Shown here: positions 37,599 through 48,163 of the stretch, piece by piece
Layout of the letters: each line of letters begins with the position of its first letter
Numbering within the stretch: position 1 is the stretch's first letter
DNA from: Clostridia bacterium
Lineage (GTDB): Bacteria; Bacillota; Clostridia; Christensenellales; CAG-138
Direction: 5' to 3'
Length of the DNA: 64,000 nucleotides
Assembly: GCA_017407205.1 (NCBI GenBank)
Contig: JAFQXA010000034.1
Location: forward strand, 35,584-99,583
Program-made: the position numbers and the translations under genes
Notes under the pieces: generated by a model
What the model saw: the letters and a program-made list of their open reading frames with translations, nothing else
The model's database searches: none
Told to the model about the DNA's origin: nothing

Positions 37599-38876
37599 TC
37601 AGTCCTTTGATGTGAAGTATGTTCCTTTTAGATATTCAACGATAAACTCGTCAGAAAACTCCTCCAAATCTCTCCAAAAATATTTAGGACTATCTGGAAA
37701 TTTCCTGTGATATTGTTCCATTACATATTCCATTGGTGCTATATCAATTTCCAATCTTTTTGCAATCATCATAATAGGCAAAAAACTTGATGGAATATCC
37801 TCTTCAACATAACGCCACTGCGGAACAGACATTTTCTGGTAAGTAGGTGTGCGTTTTATAGTATCCCCCAAAGATTCCCCAATAACTCTTTCTACACCGT
37901 AAGTATAATCAAGCCAATGCTGTGCAGAGACAATCGCACCCGAAAGCAGACTCAATGTTTCACTGCGCGCTTTGCGAAGTTTATTAATATCATCGGTAGA
38001 GTTTTCAATCTTTCGCAATTCGCCCAATAGGAATGCCCATTCTTGCTCTCTCTCTTTTCCGCGCAAGCCGTATGTTTCCATACCTAATTTATCTGCAATT
38101 TTCAGTCGGATCTGATCAATTTCTTCGAGCAATGACGATACCTCTTTTGAATCTCCTATTGCTTGCATATAATACGAATACAGCACCCCTTCTTCTTGTG
38201 CTTTTTTGATATCTTCGTACTTAAGCACATAAGGCGTAGGATGAAACACCGCACCTATATTTCCGATAGAAGTAACAGCAGGAACATAACTTATAATCGC
38301 CTGCGGAAAAACTTTTGACAAAAGCTCTATTGAACTTTTCTTGAAGCAGCCTTCAAGTGATGTCACCCAGCAACGCTTTCTTCTCTTGATATAAGCAGTT
38401 CCGGCAGCAGGGGCCTTACATGAATAGGGATTTGTAGCAAAGCAAATAAAAGGATGCCTTGTACCAAGTATATTCCATAGATACGGAACAGCAAATGTTC
38501 GAGGTGGTGATAAAATTACAGGCACATCAGCTTCCGCAAGCCCCTCTTTTTTTAAGGCCAAAATTGTTTCCTGCAAGTAATGGGACGGCTCTGCTATAAT
38601 AATCAAGTCGCTTTCCCAAACGAGCTTTTTAAGGTCATGTCCCAATTGTTCTTCACAAACAGGAATTAAGCGAGAAGTTTCTTTATTCTTGTTGGCAGGC
38701 CTTTCAAGGTACAATCCGCCCTGTTCCCTTACTGCTTTCAAAAAAGACTCAGCATGAGCACTATTACGAACATAGCCGTAGACTGAATATCCTTCATTAA
38801 GAAAATCCGCAAGATAAGCACGCCCTGTTTGAGAGCTTGCACAATAAATGCCTATGCGAATTTCCTTGTTTGGCAT
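37599..38876 (-). CDS. opine (octopine/nopaline) dehydrogenase family protein
   Basis: The track starts at 38936. I prefer ATG at 38876, 1 nt after the GT2 stop (TAATATG). N-terminal Rossmann-like IGIYCASSQTG. C-terminal RYVEEDIPSSFLPIMMIAKRLEIDIAPM matches the RYxxEDxPxGLvP signature. Confidence 0.65.
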   Translation of the reverse strand: MPNKEIRIGIYCASSQTGRAYLADFLNEGYSVYGYVRNSAHAESFLKAVREQGGLYLERPANKNKETSRLIPVCEEQLGHDLKKLVWESDLIIIAEPSHYLQETILALKKEGLAEADVPVILSPPRTFAVPYLWNILGTRHPFICFATNPYSCKAPAAGTAYIKRRKRCWVTSLEGCFKKSSIELLSKVFPQAIISYVPAVTSIGNIGAVFHPTPYVLKYEDIKKAQEEGVLYSYYMQAIGDSKEVSSLLEEIDQIRLKIADKLGMETYGLRGKEREQEWAFLLGELRKIENSTDDINKLRKARSETLSLLSGAIVSAQHWLDYTYGVERVIGESLGDTIKRTPTYQKMSVPQWRYVEEDIPSSFLPIMMIAKRLEIDIAPMEYVMEQYHRKFPDSPKYFWRDLEEFSDEFIVEYLKGTYFTSKD

Positions 38877-38877
38877 A

Positions 38878-39810
38878 TTAGTCGATCTCCTTATCACGAA
38901 TAGTATACAACGGTCCTTTCTTTGCTTCTGAAACAATCTGAGCCAAGTAATGACCTATAATACCCTGTCCAAGTAATATCAATCCACTGGACGCCAACAT
39001 GATGATGACCTGTGTCGCAAAACCTGCAACGCTGTAACCCGTTACAAGATATCGGATAAGGTAATAGAGAATCAATATCGCACTAACAAATACATCAAAC
39101 ACACCAACATAGCCAAGAACCAACAACGGTAAATTTGAGTTGTATAAAATATTATTGAAAAAGTCCTTCACCAAGCGCTTAAAGCCGTAACCGCTTTTAC
39201 CAAACTGGCGTGCGTTATGCTCAACAGTAACATTTCCTATACGGTTTGTAGTACGCAAAAGCATATGCCCGATTCTAGGGCGTGACTCCGTAAATTTACA
39301 AAGCGCATCAGCTACATAACGCTTCATTGCCCTAAAGCTCGTTAAATGAAGAGTTTTTGGTTTTTTGAAAATATAACTCGTAAACGCATTCGTCATATTA
39401 GTCCCCAAATTTCGAATGGCACTGTGCTTCTTTGATTCATACTGACCACACACTACATCCATTTGAGGAGTTTGCTCCAAATACGCAATCAGCTTTTCAA
39501 CTTCATGAGGAGGATGTTGCAAATCATCATCCATTGTTATAACAATATCACCCGAAACATGTCCCATGCCGCACAACAACGCTGTATGCTGTCCGAAGTT
39601 GCGTGCCATATAAATTGCCTTTACGCGTTTGTCTTTTTCATGCAACTCATGCATAATTTGGGCAGAACGGTCTTTCGATGAGTCATCAACCAAAACAAGT
39701 TCAAAATCACCGTCATACTTTTCGTCAAACAAAGACGCAAGTCTTGCATGCAACTCCTCCAAAGTATTTTCAGAATTGTACACAGGAACGACAACAGAAT
39801 ATTTAGCCAT
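38878..39810 (-). CDS. polyprenyl-phosphate glycosyltransferase, GT2 (GtrB/ArnC/CsbB-like)
   Basis: Preferred start is ATG 39810 (MAKYSVVVPVYN) behind AGGAGA. Has VDDSSKD, MDDDLQH and two C-terminal TM helices. Confidence 0.85.
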   Translation of the reverse strand: MAKYSVVVPVYNSENTLEELHARLASLFDEKYDGDFELVLVDDSSKDRSAQIMHELHEKDKRVKAIYMARNFGQHTALLCGMGHVSGDIVITMDDDLQHPPHEVEKLIAYLEQTPQMDVVCGQYESKKHSAIRNLGTNMTNAFTSYIFKKPKTLHLTSFRAMKRYVADALCKFTESRPRIGHMLLRTTNRIGNVTVEHNARQFGKSGYGFKRLVKDFFNNILYNSNLPLLVLGYVGVFDVFVSAILILYYLIRYLVTGYSVAGFATQVIIMLASSGLILLGQGIIGHYLAQIVSEAKKGPLYTIRDKEID

Positions 39811-39889
39811 TTCCCGTCTCCTTTTCATTTGTATTTTCGCTGTTTTTATTTCTGAATCTTCCTATGTATAAATAGAAATACTCAAAGTA

Positions 39890-39918
39890 ATTATACACTC
39901 CGGCGCTTAATAAATCAA
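39890..39918 (-). promoter_or_regulatory. promoter of the 7-gene operon
   Basis: The reverse strand reads TTGATT (comp. 39913-39918), a 17-nt spacer, then TATAAT (comp. 39890-39895). Confidence 0.6.
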
Positions 39919-39944
39919 CACGAATGCCTGTTTAATATAAATCA

Positions 39945-39980
39945 AAGCACGATATGACGGTATAATCCCATATCGTGCTT
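39945..39980 (-). terminator. intrinsic terminator of the lipoprotein gene
   Basis: Reverse strand: AAGCACGATATG-ggattataccgt-CATATCGTGCTT, followed by TGATTTAT. Confidence 0.65.
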
Positions 39981-40024
39981 GTATGTTATATCAATATTTT
40001 GTAATATTGCTAATTTTATATTAC

Positions 40025-40846
40025 TCAATCTTGCGGCGTGTCTATCTCCGATACTGTGTAGTTTGCATAGAATCCATCGGATGAAGCAAACTGTTTTTCC
40101 CAATACTCCACTACCTGTTCCCTTGTAAGGCCTGTAAATGTACCGGAAATAAACTTGAATGAAACAGTATTGCCTTCAAGCTTTGCTTCCTCGTATGAGC
40201 TTACTGCATTGAAGTTTGCCTTTGCTGTTTCCTCTGTGCCATAAACTATTACCGAACGCTGACTTACATACTTGTTATTGATAAAATAGTATGTAACTGT
40301 TTCGGTCGTAGTTTCGCCTTTGCCTACAAGCTGAACAGCCTTTGCATCAAACGAGCCGTCGCCTGCTTCGTCATTTAATTGAATACCTACCGACCATGTG
40401 CTGTAAAAGTCTTTTGAAGAATCAAACTGCTTCTGCCAATATTCAACCACCTGCTGTTTTGACATTCCCTGGAATGCATTTGATACAAACTTGAACGAAA
40501 CCGTACTTCCCTCAATCTTTGCATCCTCGTATGTGCTGACTGTATTGAAGTTTGCCTGTGCTGCTTCTTCCGTCGTATATGTTATAACCGATTCCTGTCT
40601 TGAATATATATCTCCTACAAAATAATAAGTTACCTTTTCATCGGATGCACTTGTGGGTGCTGAAAGCACAACAACCTCAGGATCTTCCTCACCGGGCTTG
40701 GGTGTGAAAACAGCATTGGGATCTACATTGTTTGAAACCTGGTCATTGATTGAGCCCTGTACGCCGGGAGCGTCCTTTCCGCACGCTGTCATAAGACAAA
40801 GCATTGCGGCTACCAACAAAATTGCTATGAATTTTCTGCTCTTCAT
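40025..40846 (-). CDS. lipoprotein with two tandem ~100-aa repeats; function unknown
   Basis: MKSRKFIAILLVAAMLCLMTAC lipobox. Repeats are VTYYFVGDIYSRQESVITYTTEEAAQANFNTVSTYEDAKIEGSTVSFKF... and VTYYFINNKYVSQRSVIVYGTEETAKANFNAVSSYEEAKLEGNTVSFKF... Confidence 0.7.
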   Translation of the reverse strand: MKSRKFIAILLVAAMLCLMTACGKDAPGVQGSINDQVSNNVDPNAVFTPKPGEEDPEVVVLSAPTSASDEKVTYYFVGDIYSRQESVITYTTEEAAQANFNTVSTYEDAKIEGSTVSFKFVSNAFQGMSKQQVVEYWQKQFDSSKDFYSTWSVGIQLNDEAGDGSFDAKAVQLVGKGETTTETVTYYFINNKYVSQRSVIVYGTEETAKANFNAVSSYEEAKLEGNTVSFKFISGTFTGLTREQVVEYWEKQFASSDGFYANYTVSEIDTPQD

Positions 40847-40931
40847 TTTTATTCCTCCGTAGAATGTGTTGATAAAATTAAGTTAACTTATTTATTTTAC
40901 CACAAGCTTTCAAAAAAGGCTATACTCAAAC

Positions 40932-42386
40932 TCATTCCTCAAAATTTGAAAAGTAGTCGGACCACTCGTGGAGTGTGCTGCCCTCTTCATATTGTGTAGT
41001 GCTTGTTGCAACAGCATCATCATTTACATCACTCGCCACGCGTATCAACCCCTTTACCGAACGGTATTTATCAGTTGTTACCTCTTCTTTCCTGATAATT
41101 TGACCTTTTTCGTCACGATATTCCTTGTAAGTTTTGGCAACAACGCCTATCCGCTTTTCTCTCTCCACTTCCTTTTTACCGCTCGGCAACGATTTATCGA
41201 CGACTATTTCGTCACCCAAATCATCCAGTGTTCCTGTCTTTTTCGATGTTAAAGTTATGCTTGCAAACTCTTTGCTTTTTCTGCCGTATATTCTTACCGT
41301 AACAGCCTTTTTCTCTGTATCCGTTATTGCAGAAACAGTTATGGGGACATCTGAATTATTCTTAAACTTAAAGTTCGGTCCGCCCGTGCTTATGGTTGCA
41401 TCACGCCCAACATCAATATAGCCAAGCGGCCACGAGTGATGCGACCTGTCCGTTACTTCAAGATCTGCCATCAAGACAGCATTGTAAAGCGTTGTGCTTA
41501 CTTGGCACACACCGCCACCGTACTCCTCAACATACTTTCCATCCCTTATTCCCGTTGCCTCTTTCCAGCCATTCGCCCGATTTCTGTCGCCCAAAATCTT
41601 GTTCATATCAAATTCTTCATCGACATCAAGCCTTACTCCGTCTATGAGACTTGCCGCCTTTTGTATGTTATGAACGCGATTTGCACGCGAATATGTTTCG
41701 CCTGCAAATGATGTTGTAAACTCACTTATAAGCATATTATCATTTTGGGCATCGGAAAGAGTATATTTTGGATTTACCGCCTTCATCTTTGCCTGTATTT
41801 CATTCCTGCCCTCATTTATGCAAGCAGAAAGCTGTTTTGCGGCATCAACTAAATCAACACACTCCCCACACTGCTCCTCAGTATATGAAAACGAGCCCTC
41901 TGCACTCTTGTCATAGCTTGCCTGTGCATCAAGCGAGCCTTTGTTAAGCGGTGCTGTTAAAACGCTCAAAACTTTTTCGAGCTCTTTTTCATCAACGATT
42001 TTGTTTGTATAAAGCTGTCTGCCCTCACTGTTATTCCCCGGGCAATATTTGCTCAGTTTCAAAGCTTCCAAAACAATTTCTTCATCAGCAAATGTGACAG
42101 GAAGCTTATCACCCGTTACATTGACCTTCTTGCTGTCTGTTTTAACAGTTATGCTCATTTCCTTTAATTCCTTTGTATGCTTTCTTTTAAGTGCATCCAA
42201 AGTCTCCTGCACACTAAGCCCCGAAACTTCCACATCGTCAATGAACACATTTTCACCGATTTTTGCGTTGTCTGCAATCGCCGCATTTATATCTTGATAC
42301 TCCTTTTTTTGACAAGCTGACAAAATAACGCACAAAATCAGCATAAAGCTGACAAAATATAAATTTCTTCTTTTATTTTTCAACAC
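40932..42386 (-). CDS. VanW-domain lipoprotein with a C-terminal G5-like domain
   Basis: Lipobox CVILSAC. GGGVCQVSTTLYNAV...DRSHHSWP (VanW core). C-terminal G5-like stretch. Confidence 0.85.
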   Translation of the reverse strand: MLKNKRRNLYFVSFMLILCVILSACQKKEYQDINAAIADNAKIGENVFIDDVEVSGLSVQETLDALKRKHTKELKEMSITVKTDSKKVNVTGDKLPVTFADEEIVLEALKLSKYCPGNNSEGRQLYTNKIVDEKELEKVLSVLTAPLNKGSLDAQASYDKSAEGSFSYTEEQCGECVDLVDAAKQLSACINEGRNEIQAKMKAVNPKYTLSDAQNDNMLISEFTTSFAGETYSRANRVHNIQKAASLIDGVRLDVDEEFDMNKILGDRNRANGWKEATGIRDGKYVEEYGGGVCQVSTTLYNAVLMADLEVTDRSHHSWPLGYIDVGRDATISTGGPNFKFKNNSDVPITVSAITDTEKKAVTVRIYGRKSKEFASITLTSKKTGTLDDLGDEIVVDKSLPSGKKEVEREKRIGVVAKTYKEYRDEKGQIIRKEEVTTDKYRSVKGLIRVASDVNDDAVATSTTQYEEGSTLHEWSDYFSNFEE

Positions 42387-42457
42387 ATATCACTCCTTAA
42401 AATCTATTATGTGCCGAAAGTTTTTTTACACACATAGCATGTTTTTCAAAAATAACA

Positions 42458-42484
42458 AAAAGCCTGCAAAATATGCAAGCTTTT
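42458..42484 (-). terminator. intrinsic terminator after rex
   Basis: Reverse strand: AAAGCTTGCA-tatt-TGCAGGCTTT (one G-U pair), followed by TTGTTATTTTTG. Confidence 0.65.
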
Positions 42485-42503
42485 AACTCATAAACTTATT
42501 TGA

Positions 42504-43133
42504 TTATTCTTCGCTCTGTGCTTTCATTTTATATGTAAGCGTTATTATACTGTCCAGAAAATGAACATTTTCGACAGGTACATCTGCAGTTATTTCAACG
42601 GGTGCAAAATTCCAAATTCCTTTAACACCCGATTTTACCATTTTATCTGCAAGCTCCTGTGCCACACTCTTTCTTGCAGCTATTATTCCTATATCGATAT
42701 TATTTTCCGCAATATATGATTCAAGCTCATTGATATCATATACCGGTCTTTCTGCAATTTCCGTACCGATAATATCGGGATTTATATCAAAAAGAGCCTT
42801 TATTTTTATGTTTTCTTTTGCCATACCCTCAAAACGGGTTATTGCTTTGCCTATATTGCCTGCACCGACTATTACGGCTGTATGCTCCTCGTCAACTGCA
42901 AGTATGGAGCAAATTTCTGCCAAAAGCTTTTTCACATTATATCCGTAGCCTTGCTGACCATATCCGCCAAAACAGTTAAAGTCCTGCCTGACCTGTGACG
43001 CAGTAAGTCCGAGCCTCTCACCCAACACACTTGAAGAAACAGACTCCTCACCGTTTTCCGCCATCATTTTAAGCAACCTGTAATAACGCGGTATACGCTT
43101 TATTACTGCATCTGACGGTTTTCCTTTTTTCAC
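42504..43133 (-). CDS. rex: redox-sensing transcriptional repressor Rex
   Basis: IPRYYRLL...SSSVLGERLGLTASQVRQDFNCFGGYGQQGYGY plus a GAGNIG Rossmann motif. I prefer GTG at 43133 (9 nt after AAGGAGGA) over the track start at 43142. Confidence 0.9.
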   Translation of the reverse strand: MKKGKPSDAVIKRIPRYYRLLKMMAENGEESVSSSVLGERLGLTASQVRQDFNCFGGYGQQGYGYNVKKLLAEICSILAVDEEHTAVIVGAGNIGKAITRFEGMAKENIKIKALFDINPDIIGTEIAERPVYDINELESYIAENNIDIGIIAARKSVAQELADKMVKSGVKGIWNFAPVEITADVPVENVHFLDSIITLTYKMKAQSEE

Positions 43134-43238
43134 GATAAACAATCCTCCTTAAAAGATTATCCAATGCCATTTTTGCTAATTATACAACATTTTCCTCAAT
43201 TGTTAAACACTTGTATTTATTTTTATTATTTACAACCA

Positions 43239-46091
43239 CTACTTTTGCTGTAAAATTTTCTTAAGGCAAGCACCTGTATAACTGTTTTTATTTTGTGCAA
43301 CCTCCTCAGGAGTACCGCAAGCTACTACCGTTCCGCCCTTGTCACCGCCATCAGGGCCCATGTCTATTATATAGTCAGCCGTTTTTATAACATCAAGATT
43401 ATGCTCAATGGTTATAACCGTACTGCCTGAGTTTACAAGACGTTTGAGTATCTCAAGCAATCTTTCGACATCCGCCGAATGAAGTCCAGTTGTGGGCTCA
43501 TCAAGTATATAAACAGTTCTTCCCGTATCCCTGCGTGAAAGCTCCGTCGCAAGCTTTACGCGCTGTGCTTCACCGCCTGATAGCGTTGTTGACGGCTGTC
43601 CAAGCTTTATGTAGCCCAAGCCGACATCATAGAGCGTCTGAAGCTTTGATTTAAGGCGTGGAAGAGGTGCAAAGAACTCCAATGCTTCCTCAACTGTCAT
43701 ATCAAGAACATCCGCTATCGTCTTTCCCTTATATTTTACCTCAAGCGTTTCTCTGTTGTATCGCTTGCCTGCACAAACATCGCACGGTACATATACATCG
43801 GGCAAGAAATGCATTTCAATCTTGATTATACCGTCACCACGGCAAGCCTCGCACCGTCCGCCCTTTACATTAAAGCTGAATCTTCCGCCCGTGTAGCCTC
43901 GCATTTTTGCATCTGGAGTCATTGCAAACACTTCGCGCACCAAATCAAAAAGTCCTGTATATGTTGCGGGATTGCTCCTTGGTGTTCTGCCTATGGGTGA
44001 TTGGTCAATATCGATTACCTTGTCAAGATGCGAAATGCCCTCAATATAATCGCACTTTCCACCCGTAGTATGCGCTCTGTTTAAATCATGTAAAAGTCTT
44101 TTCTTCAAAACTTCGTTTATAAGACTTGATTTTCCGCTTCCCGATACACCTGTTACACAAGTAAATACACCAAGCGGAATTTCAACATCTATGTTTTTAA
44201 GGTTATTAGCCTTTGCACCGTGAATTATAAGCTTTTTATCGCTTATCGGTCGTCTTTCCCCGGGCACTTCAATCTTTCTTCTTCCTGACAGGAACTGACC
44301 CGTGATTGACTCTTTACATTTTGATACTTCCTCCACCGTACCCTCTGCAACGATATATCCGCCATGTTCGCCTGCACCGGGACCTATATCAACAATTCTG
44401 TCAGCAGCAAGCATTGTTTCCTCATCGTGCTCGACAACAATGAGTGTGTTTCCCAAATCACGCAATGTTTGAAGCGTTTTTATAAGTTTTTCGTTATCTT
44501 TCTGGTGCAGGCCGATACTCGGCTCATCAAGCACGTACAAAACGCCTACAAGCCCTGATCCGATCTGCGTAGCCAATCTTATTCTCTGTGCTTCACCGCC
44601 CGAGAGTGACGATGCACTTCGGGAGAGAGTCAGGTAATCAAGCCCTACATTCATAAGGAATCCAAGCCTTGAGCGTATTTCCTTGAGTATGAGCATGGAA
44701 ATTTTCTGCTCTTTTTCAGTCAGCACCAGCGAATCGATAAACTCTTGAATTTTACCGATGTTCTTATCGCTTACTTCAGCTATCGACAAGCCCCCTACCT
44801 TAACCGCAAGGCTCTCTTTTTTAAGTCTTTTCCCTTTACATTCGGGGCAAGCTACATGGGACATGTAACGCTCAAGCTCCTGCTTGATGCTTTCAGACTG
44901 CGTATCACGGTACCGTCTTTGAAGATTGTTGACAACGCCTTCAAAAGAAGCCGTAAATGTTCCGCTTCCGTACTCTTTCTCATATGTAACCTTTATCTTT
45001 GTACTGCCCGTACCGTACAAAATCGCGTTTTGTGCCTCCTTGCTTATCTCGCACCAAGGCGTATCCATTGAAAAGCCATAATGCTTTGCAAGTGCTTTGA
45101 AATACATCACGGCAACACCGCCCTCGTTTATGCTCTGCCAGCCGCTCGCCTTGATTGCCCCCTGATTTAACGACAAAGATTTATCGGGAACAATTATATC
45201 GGAGTCAATTGTCAAAAGCTGTCCAAGACCTGCGCAATGCTCACACGCACCGTAAGGATTATTGAAAGAGAACGTTCTCGGTGTAAGTTCGGGCAGACTT
45301 ATATCGCAATCTATGCATGAATAATTCTGTGAATAGAGCTTCTCGCCCTCGCCCACAACATCAATTTTACAAAGCCCGTGGCCGTATGTAAATGCCGTTT
45401 CAAGTGATGACGACAAACGGCTGTCAATATCGTTTTTTATTATGATTCTGTCAACAATAATGTCTATAGTGTGTTTTTTCTGCTTGTCAAGTGCCGGTAC
45501 CTCATTTATATCGTATAAAATGCCGTCAACCTCAACACGCACAAAGCCATCCTTGCGTATTTTTTCAAACAGCTTTTCGAACTCACCCTTGCGCGCTCTT
45601 ACAGCAGGGGCTATTATACGAATTTTCTTTCCCTCGCCCAAAGCTTTCACGCTGTCTACAACCTGGTCAACACTCATCTGCTCTATCGGTTTTCCGCATT
45701 TGGGGCAATGAGGCTTTCCGATATTTGCATACAGAAGCCTGAAATAATCATTTATTTCCGTGATTGTGCCAACAGTTGACCTCGGATTATTGCTTGTGCT
45801 TTTCTGGTCTATTGCAATAGCAGGCGAAAGTCCGCTTATGCTGTCAACATCGGGCTTGTCCGCCTGTCCCAAAAACTGCCTTGCATAAGCAGAAAGCGAC
45901 TCCACATACCTTCGCTGTCCCTCTGCATAGATGGTATCAAAAGCAAGCGAGCTTTTTCCAGAACCCGATAAGCCCGTGAAAACAACAAGCTTATTTCTCG
46001 GTATTGTTATACTTATATTTTTAAGATTATTCGCTCTTGCTCCGCGAATAACTATATTTTCATTCAAATCTCTACTGTCTTTTTTACTCAT
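43239..46091 (-). CDS. uvrA: excinuclease ABC subunit A
   Basis: 950 aa. Two ABC modules ([18 protein letters not shown]) and zinc-finger Cys clusters. Confidence 0.98.
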   Translation of the reverse strand: MSKKDSRDLNENIVIRGARANNLKNISITIPRNKLVVFTGLSGSGKSSLAFDTIYAEGQRRYVESLSAYARQFLGQADKPDVDSISGLSPAIAIDQKSTSNNPRSTVGTITEINDYFRLLYANIGKPHCPKCGKPIEQMSVDQVVDSVKALGEGKKIRIIAPAVRARKGEFEKLFEKIRKDGFVRVEVDGILYDINEVPALDKQKKHTIDIIVDRIIIKNDIDSRLSSSLETAFTYGHGLCKIDVVGEGEKLYSQNYSCIDCDISLPELTPRTFSFNNPYGACEHCAGLGQLLTIDSDIIVPDKSLSLNQGAIKASGWQSINEGGVAVMYFKALAKHYGFSMDTPWCEISKEAQNAILYGTGSTKIKVTYEKEYGSGTFTASFEGVVNNLQRRYRDTQSESIKQELERYMSHVACPECKGKRLKKESLAVKVGGLSIAEVSDKNIGKIQEFIDSLVLTEKEQKISMLILKEIRSRLGFLMNVGLDYLTLSRSASSLSGGEAQRIRLATQIGSGLVGVLYVLDEPSIGLHQKDNEKLIKTLQTLRDLGNTLIVVEHDEETMLAADRIVDIGPGAGEHGGYIVAEGTVEEVSKCKESITGQFLSGRRKIEVPGERRPISDKKLIIHGAKANNLKNIDVEIPLGVFTCVTGVSGSGKSSLINEVLKKRLLHDLNRAHTTGGKCDYIEGISHLDKVIDIDQSPIGRTPRSNPATYTGLFDLVREVFAMTPDAKMRGYTGGRFSFNVKGGRCEACRGDGIIKIEMHFLPDVYVPCDVCAGKRYNRETLEVKYKGKTIADVLDMTVEEALEFFAPLPRLKSKLQTLYDVGLGYIKLGQPSTTLSGGEAQRVKLATELSRRDTGRTVYILDEPTTGLHSADVERLLEILKRLVNSGSTVITIEHNLDVIKTADYIIDMGPDGGDKGGTVVACGTPEEVAQNKNSYTGACLKKILQQK

Positions 46092-46099
46092 TTATTCAC

Positions 46100-48118
46100 T
46101 CATTTCCTTGTTCTGCTTCTTGCACGCTTTTTGCTTCCTACCGTACCGGGTGCAACCTTGCTTACGCTCTCGTTTTTGCCTTGCAAAGCAAAAAGCTCAT
46201 CACGAAGCTTTGCAGCAGTTTCAAAGTCAAGTTCTGCAGCAGCTTTTTTCATCTGCTCCTTAAGTATTTCTTCCTTCTTTGCCCTGTCACTGTCTGAGAG
46301 CTTATTATCATTCTTAGGCTTACCGGAAATAACTTCGAGCGTGCTTACAGATTTTACTATACTTTGCGGTGTTATTCCATGCTCTTCGTTATACCTTTTC
46401 TGTATTGTGCGGCGTCTTTGAGTTTCATCAATTGCTCGCTGCATGGAATCGGTTATTGTGTCAGCATACATTAAAACCCTGCCGTCTGCATTTCTTGCCG
46501 CTCTGCCTATCGTCTGCACAAGCGAAGTTGTGCTTCGCAAAAAGCCTTCTTTATCAGCATCAAGTATCGCAACAAGCCCGACTTCAGGAATATCCAAGCC
46601 TTCTCTTAAAAGGTTTATGCCGATAAGCACATCAAATTCTCCCATTCGAAGTGCACGTATTATTTCCATTCTCTCGATGGTCTCTATCTCAGAATGCATA
46701 TAACGCACTCTCACTCCCATCGAATCAAAATGCTCGCAAAGCATTTCCGCCATACGTTTCGTAAGCGTTGTAACAAGCGTTCTGTATCCCTTCTGTGCCA
46801 TCAAGCGCACTTCGCCGAGCAAATCATCAACCTGACCTGAAACAGGACGCACCTCAATACTCGGATCGACAAGTCCCGTAGGTCTTATAATCTGCTCTGC
46901 AACAACGCCTGCAAGCTCAAGCTCATACTGAGCAGGAGTTGCGCTTGTGCATATCACCTGATTCAAACGCTCATTAAATTCATCGAATTTCAAAGGTCTG
47001 TTATCGTATGCCGACGGCAAACGGAAACCGAACTCTACAAGATTTTTCTTTCGTGACAAATCACCGTGATACATAGCCCTTACCTGCGGAAGAGTAACAT
47101 GGGACTCGTCTATCAAAAGCAGGAAGTCATCCGGGAAATAATCAAGCAGAGTAAACGGAGGCTCGCCCTCTTTTCTTCCGTCAAAATAACGGGAATAGTT
47201 TTCGATACCTTGGCAGTACCCTATCTCTCGCATCATTTCAATATCATACTGCGTACGCTGCAAAAGACGTTCTGCTTCCAAAGGTTTTTCCTCTGCCTTG
47301 AATTCATCAACGCGCTCAACCAAATCACGTTCAATCATCCCTATTGCTTTTTCAAGCTTTTCCTTGCTCGTAGCATAATGTGATGCAGGGAATATCGCAA
47401 TGTGCGATAAATCAAGCACAACAGCACCGTTAGCTACATTTATCTCGGATATTCTGTCTATTTCGTCACCGAAAAATTCTACCCTTATTGCCCGCTCTTT
47501 CATATTAGACGGGAAAATCTCAAGCACGTCGCCTCGCACACGGAAAGTACCTCTTGCAAAATCGTAATCATTGCGTTGGTACTGTATATCAACAAGCTTA
47601 CGCATAAGCTCGTCCCTATCAAGCGTCATGCCTTTACGCAAAGAAATTGAAAGCTTTAAATACTCCTCAGGATCACCAAGCGCATAAATGCACGAAACCG
47701 ATGCGACAATTATAACATCCCTTCGCTCATTCAAAGCACAGGTTGCACTGTGTCTCATTCTGTCGATTTCATCGTTTACGGTTGCTTCTTTCTCGATATA
47801 TGTATCCGATGAAGCAATATAGGCTTCGGGCTGGTAATAATCATAATAACTGACAAAGAATTCCACCGCATTGTTTGGGAAAAATTCGCGAAATTCCGAG
47901 CATAACTGGGCAGCCAGGGTTTTATTATGTGCCAAAACAAGCGTAGGCTTACCTAAACGCTCAATAATATTTGCCATGGTGAAAGTCTTGCCGCTGCCCG
48001 TAACACCGAGCAATACGTCAAGCTTATCCCCTCTCTTTATTCCATTGACAAGCGTATCTATGGCCTGCGGTTGATCCCCTGTTGCCGAAAACGGAGATAC
48101 CAATTCAAACTTTCCCAA
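46100..48118 (-). CDS. uvrB: excinuclease ABC subunit B
   Basis: 672 aa. [13 protein letters not shown]-terminal UVR domain ([14 protein letters not shown]). TTG start behind AAAGGAG. Confidence 0.98.
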   Translation of the reverse strand: MGKFELVSPFSATGDQPQAIDTLVNGIKRGDKLDVLLGVTGSGKTFTMANIIERLGKPTLVLAHNKTLAAQLCSEFREFFPNNAVEFFVSYYDYYQPEAYIASSDTYIEKEATVNDEIDRMRHSATCALNERRDVIIVASVSCIYALGDPEEYLKLSISLRKGMTLDRDELMRKLVDIQYQRNDYDFARGTFRVRGDVLEIFPSNMKERAIRVEFFGDEIDRISEINVANGAVVLDLSHIAIFPASHYATSKEKLEKAIGMIERDLVERVDEFKAEEKPLEAERLLQRTQYDIEMMREIGYCQGIENYSRYFDGRKEGEPPFTLLDYFPDDFLLLIDESHVTLPQVRAMYHGDLSRKKNLVEFGFRLPSAYDNRPLKFDEFNERLNQVICTSATPAQYELELAGVVAEQIIRPTGLVDPSIEVRPVSGQVDDLLGEVRLMAQKGYRTLVTTLTKRMAEMLCEHFDSMGVRVRYMHSEIETIERMEIIRALRMGEFDVLIGINLLREGLDIPEVGLVAILDADKEGFLRSTTSLVQTIGRAARNADGRVLMYADTITDSMQRAIDETQRRRTIQKRYNEEHGITPQSIVKSVSTLEVISGKPKNDNKLSDSDRAKKEEILKEQMKKAAAELDFETAAKLRDELFALQGKNESVSKVAPGTVGSKKRARSRTRK

Positions 48119-48141
48119 GCAATTCTCCTTTTGGTTTACAA

Positions 48142-48163
48142 AAGGGTGCCTTTTGACACCCTT
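48142..48163 (-). terminator. hairpin between the Dabb gene and uvrB (weak terminator or attenuator)
   Basis: Reverse strand: AAGGGTG-tcaaaagg-CACCCTT, followed by TTGTAAACC. Only ~10 nt before the uvrB RBS. Confidence 0.4.

Noticed and set aside
43200-43217. Rex operator upstream of rex (TTGTTAAacacTTGTATT)
   Set aside because: Only the left half matches the TTGTTAA-N4-TTAACAA consensus. The right half is poor. It may be a half-site at best.
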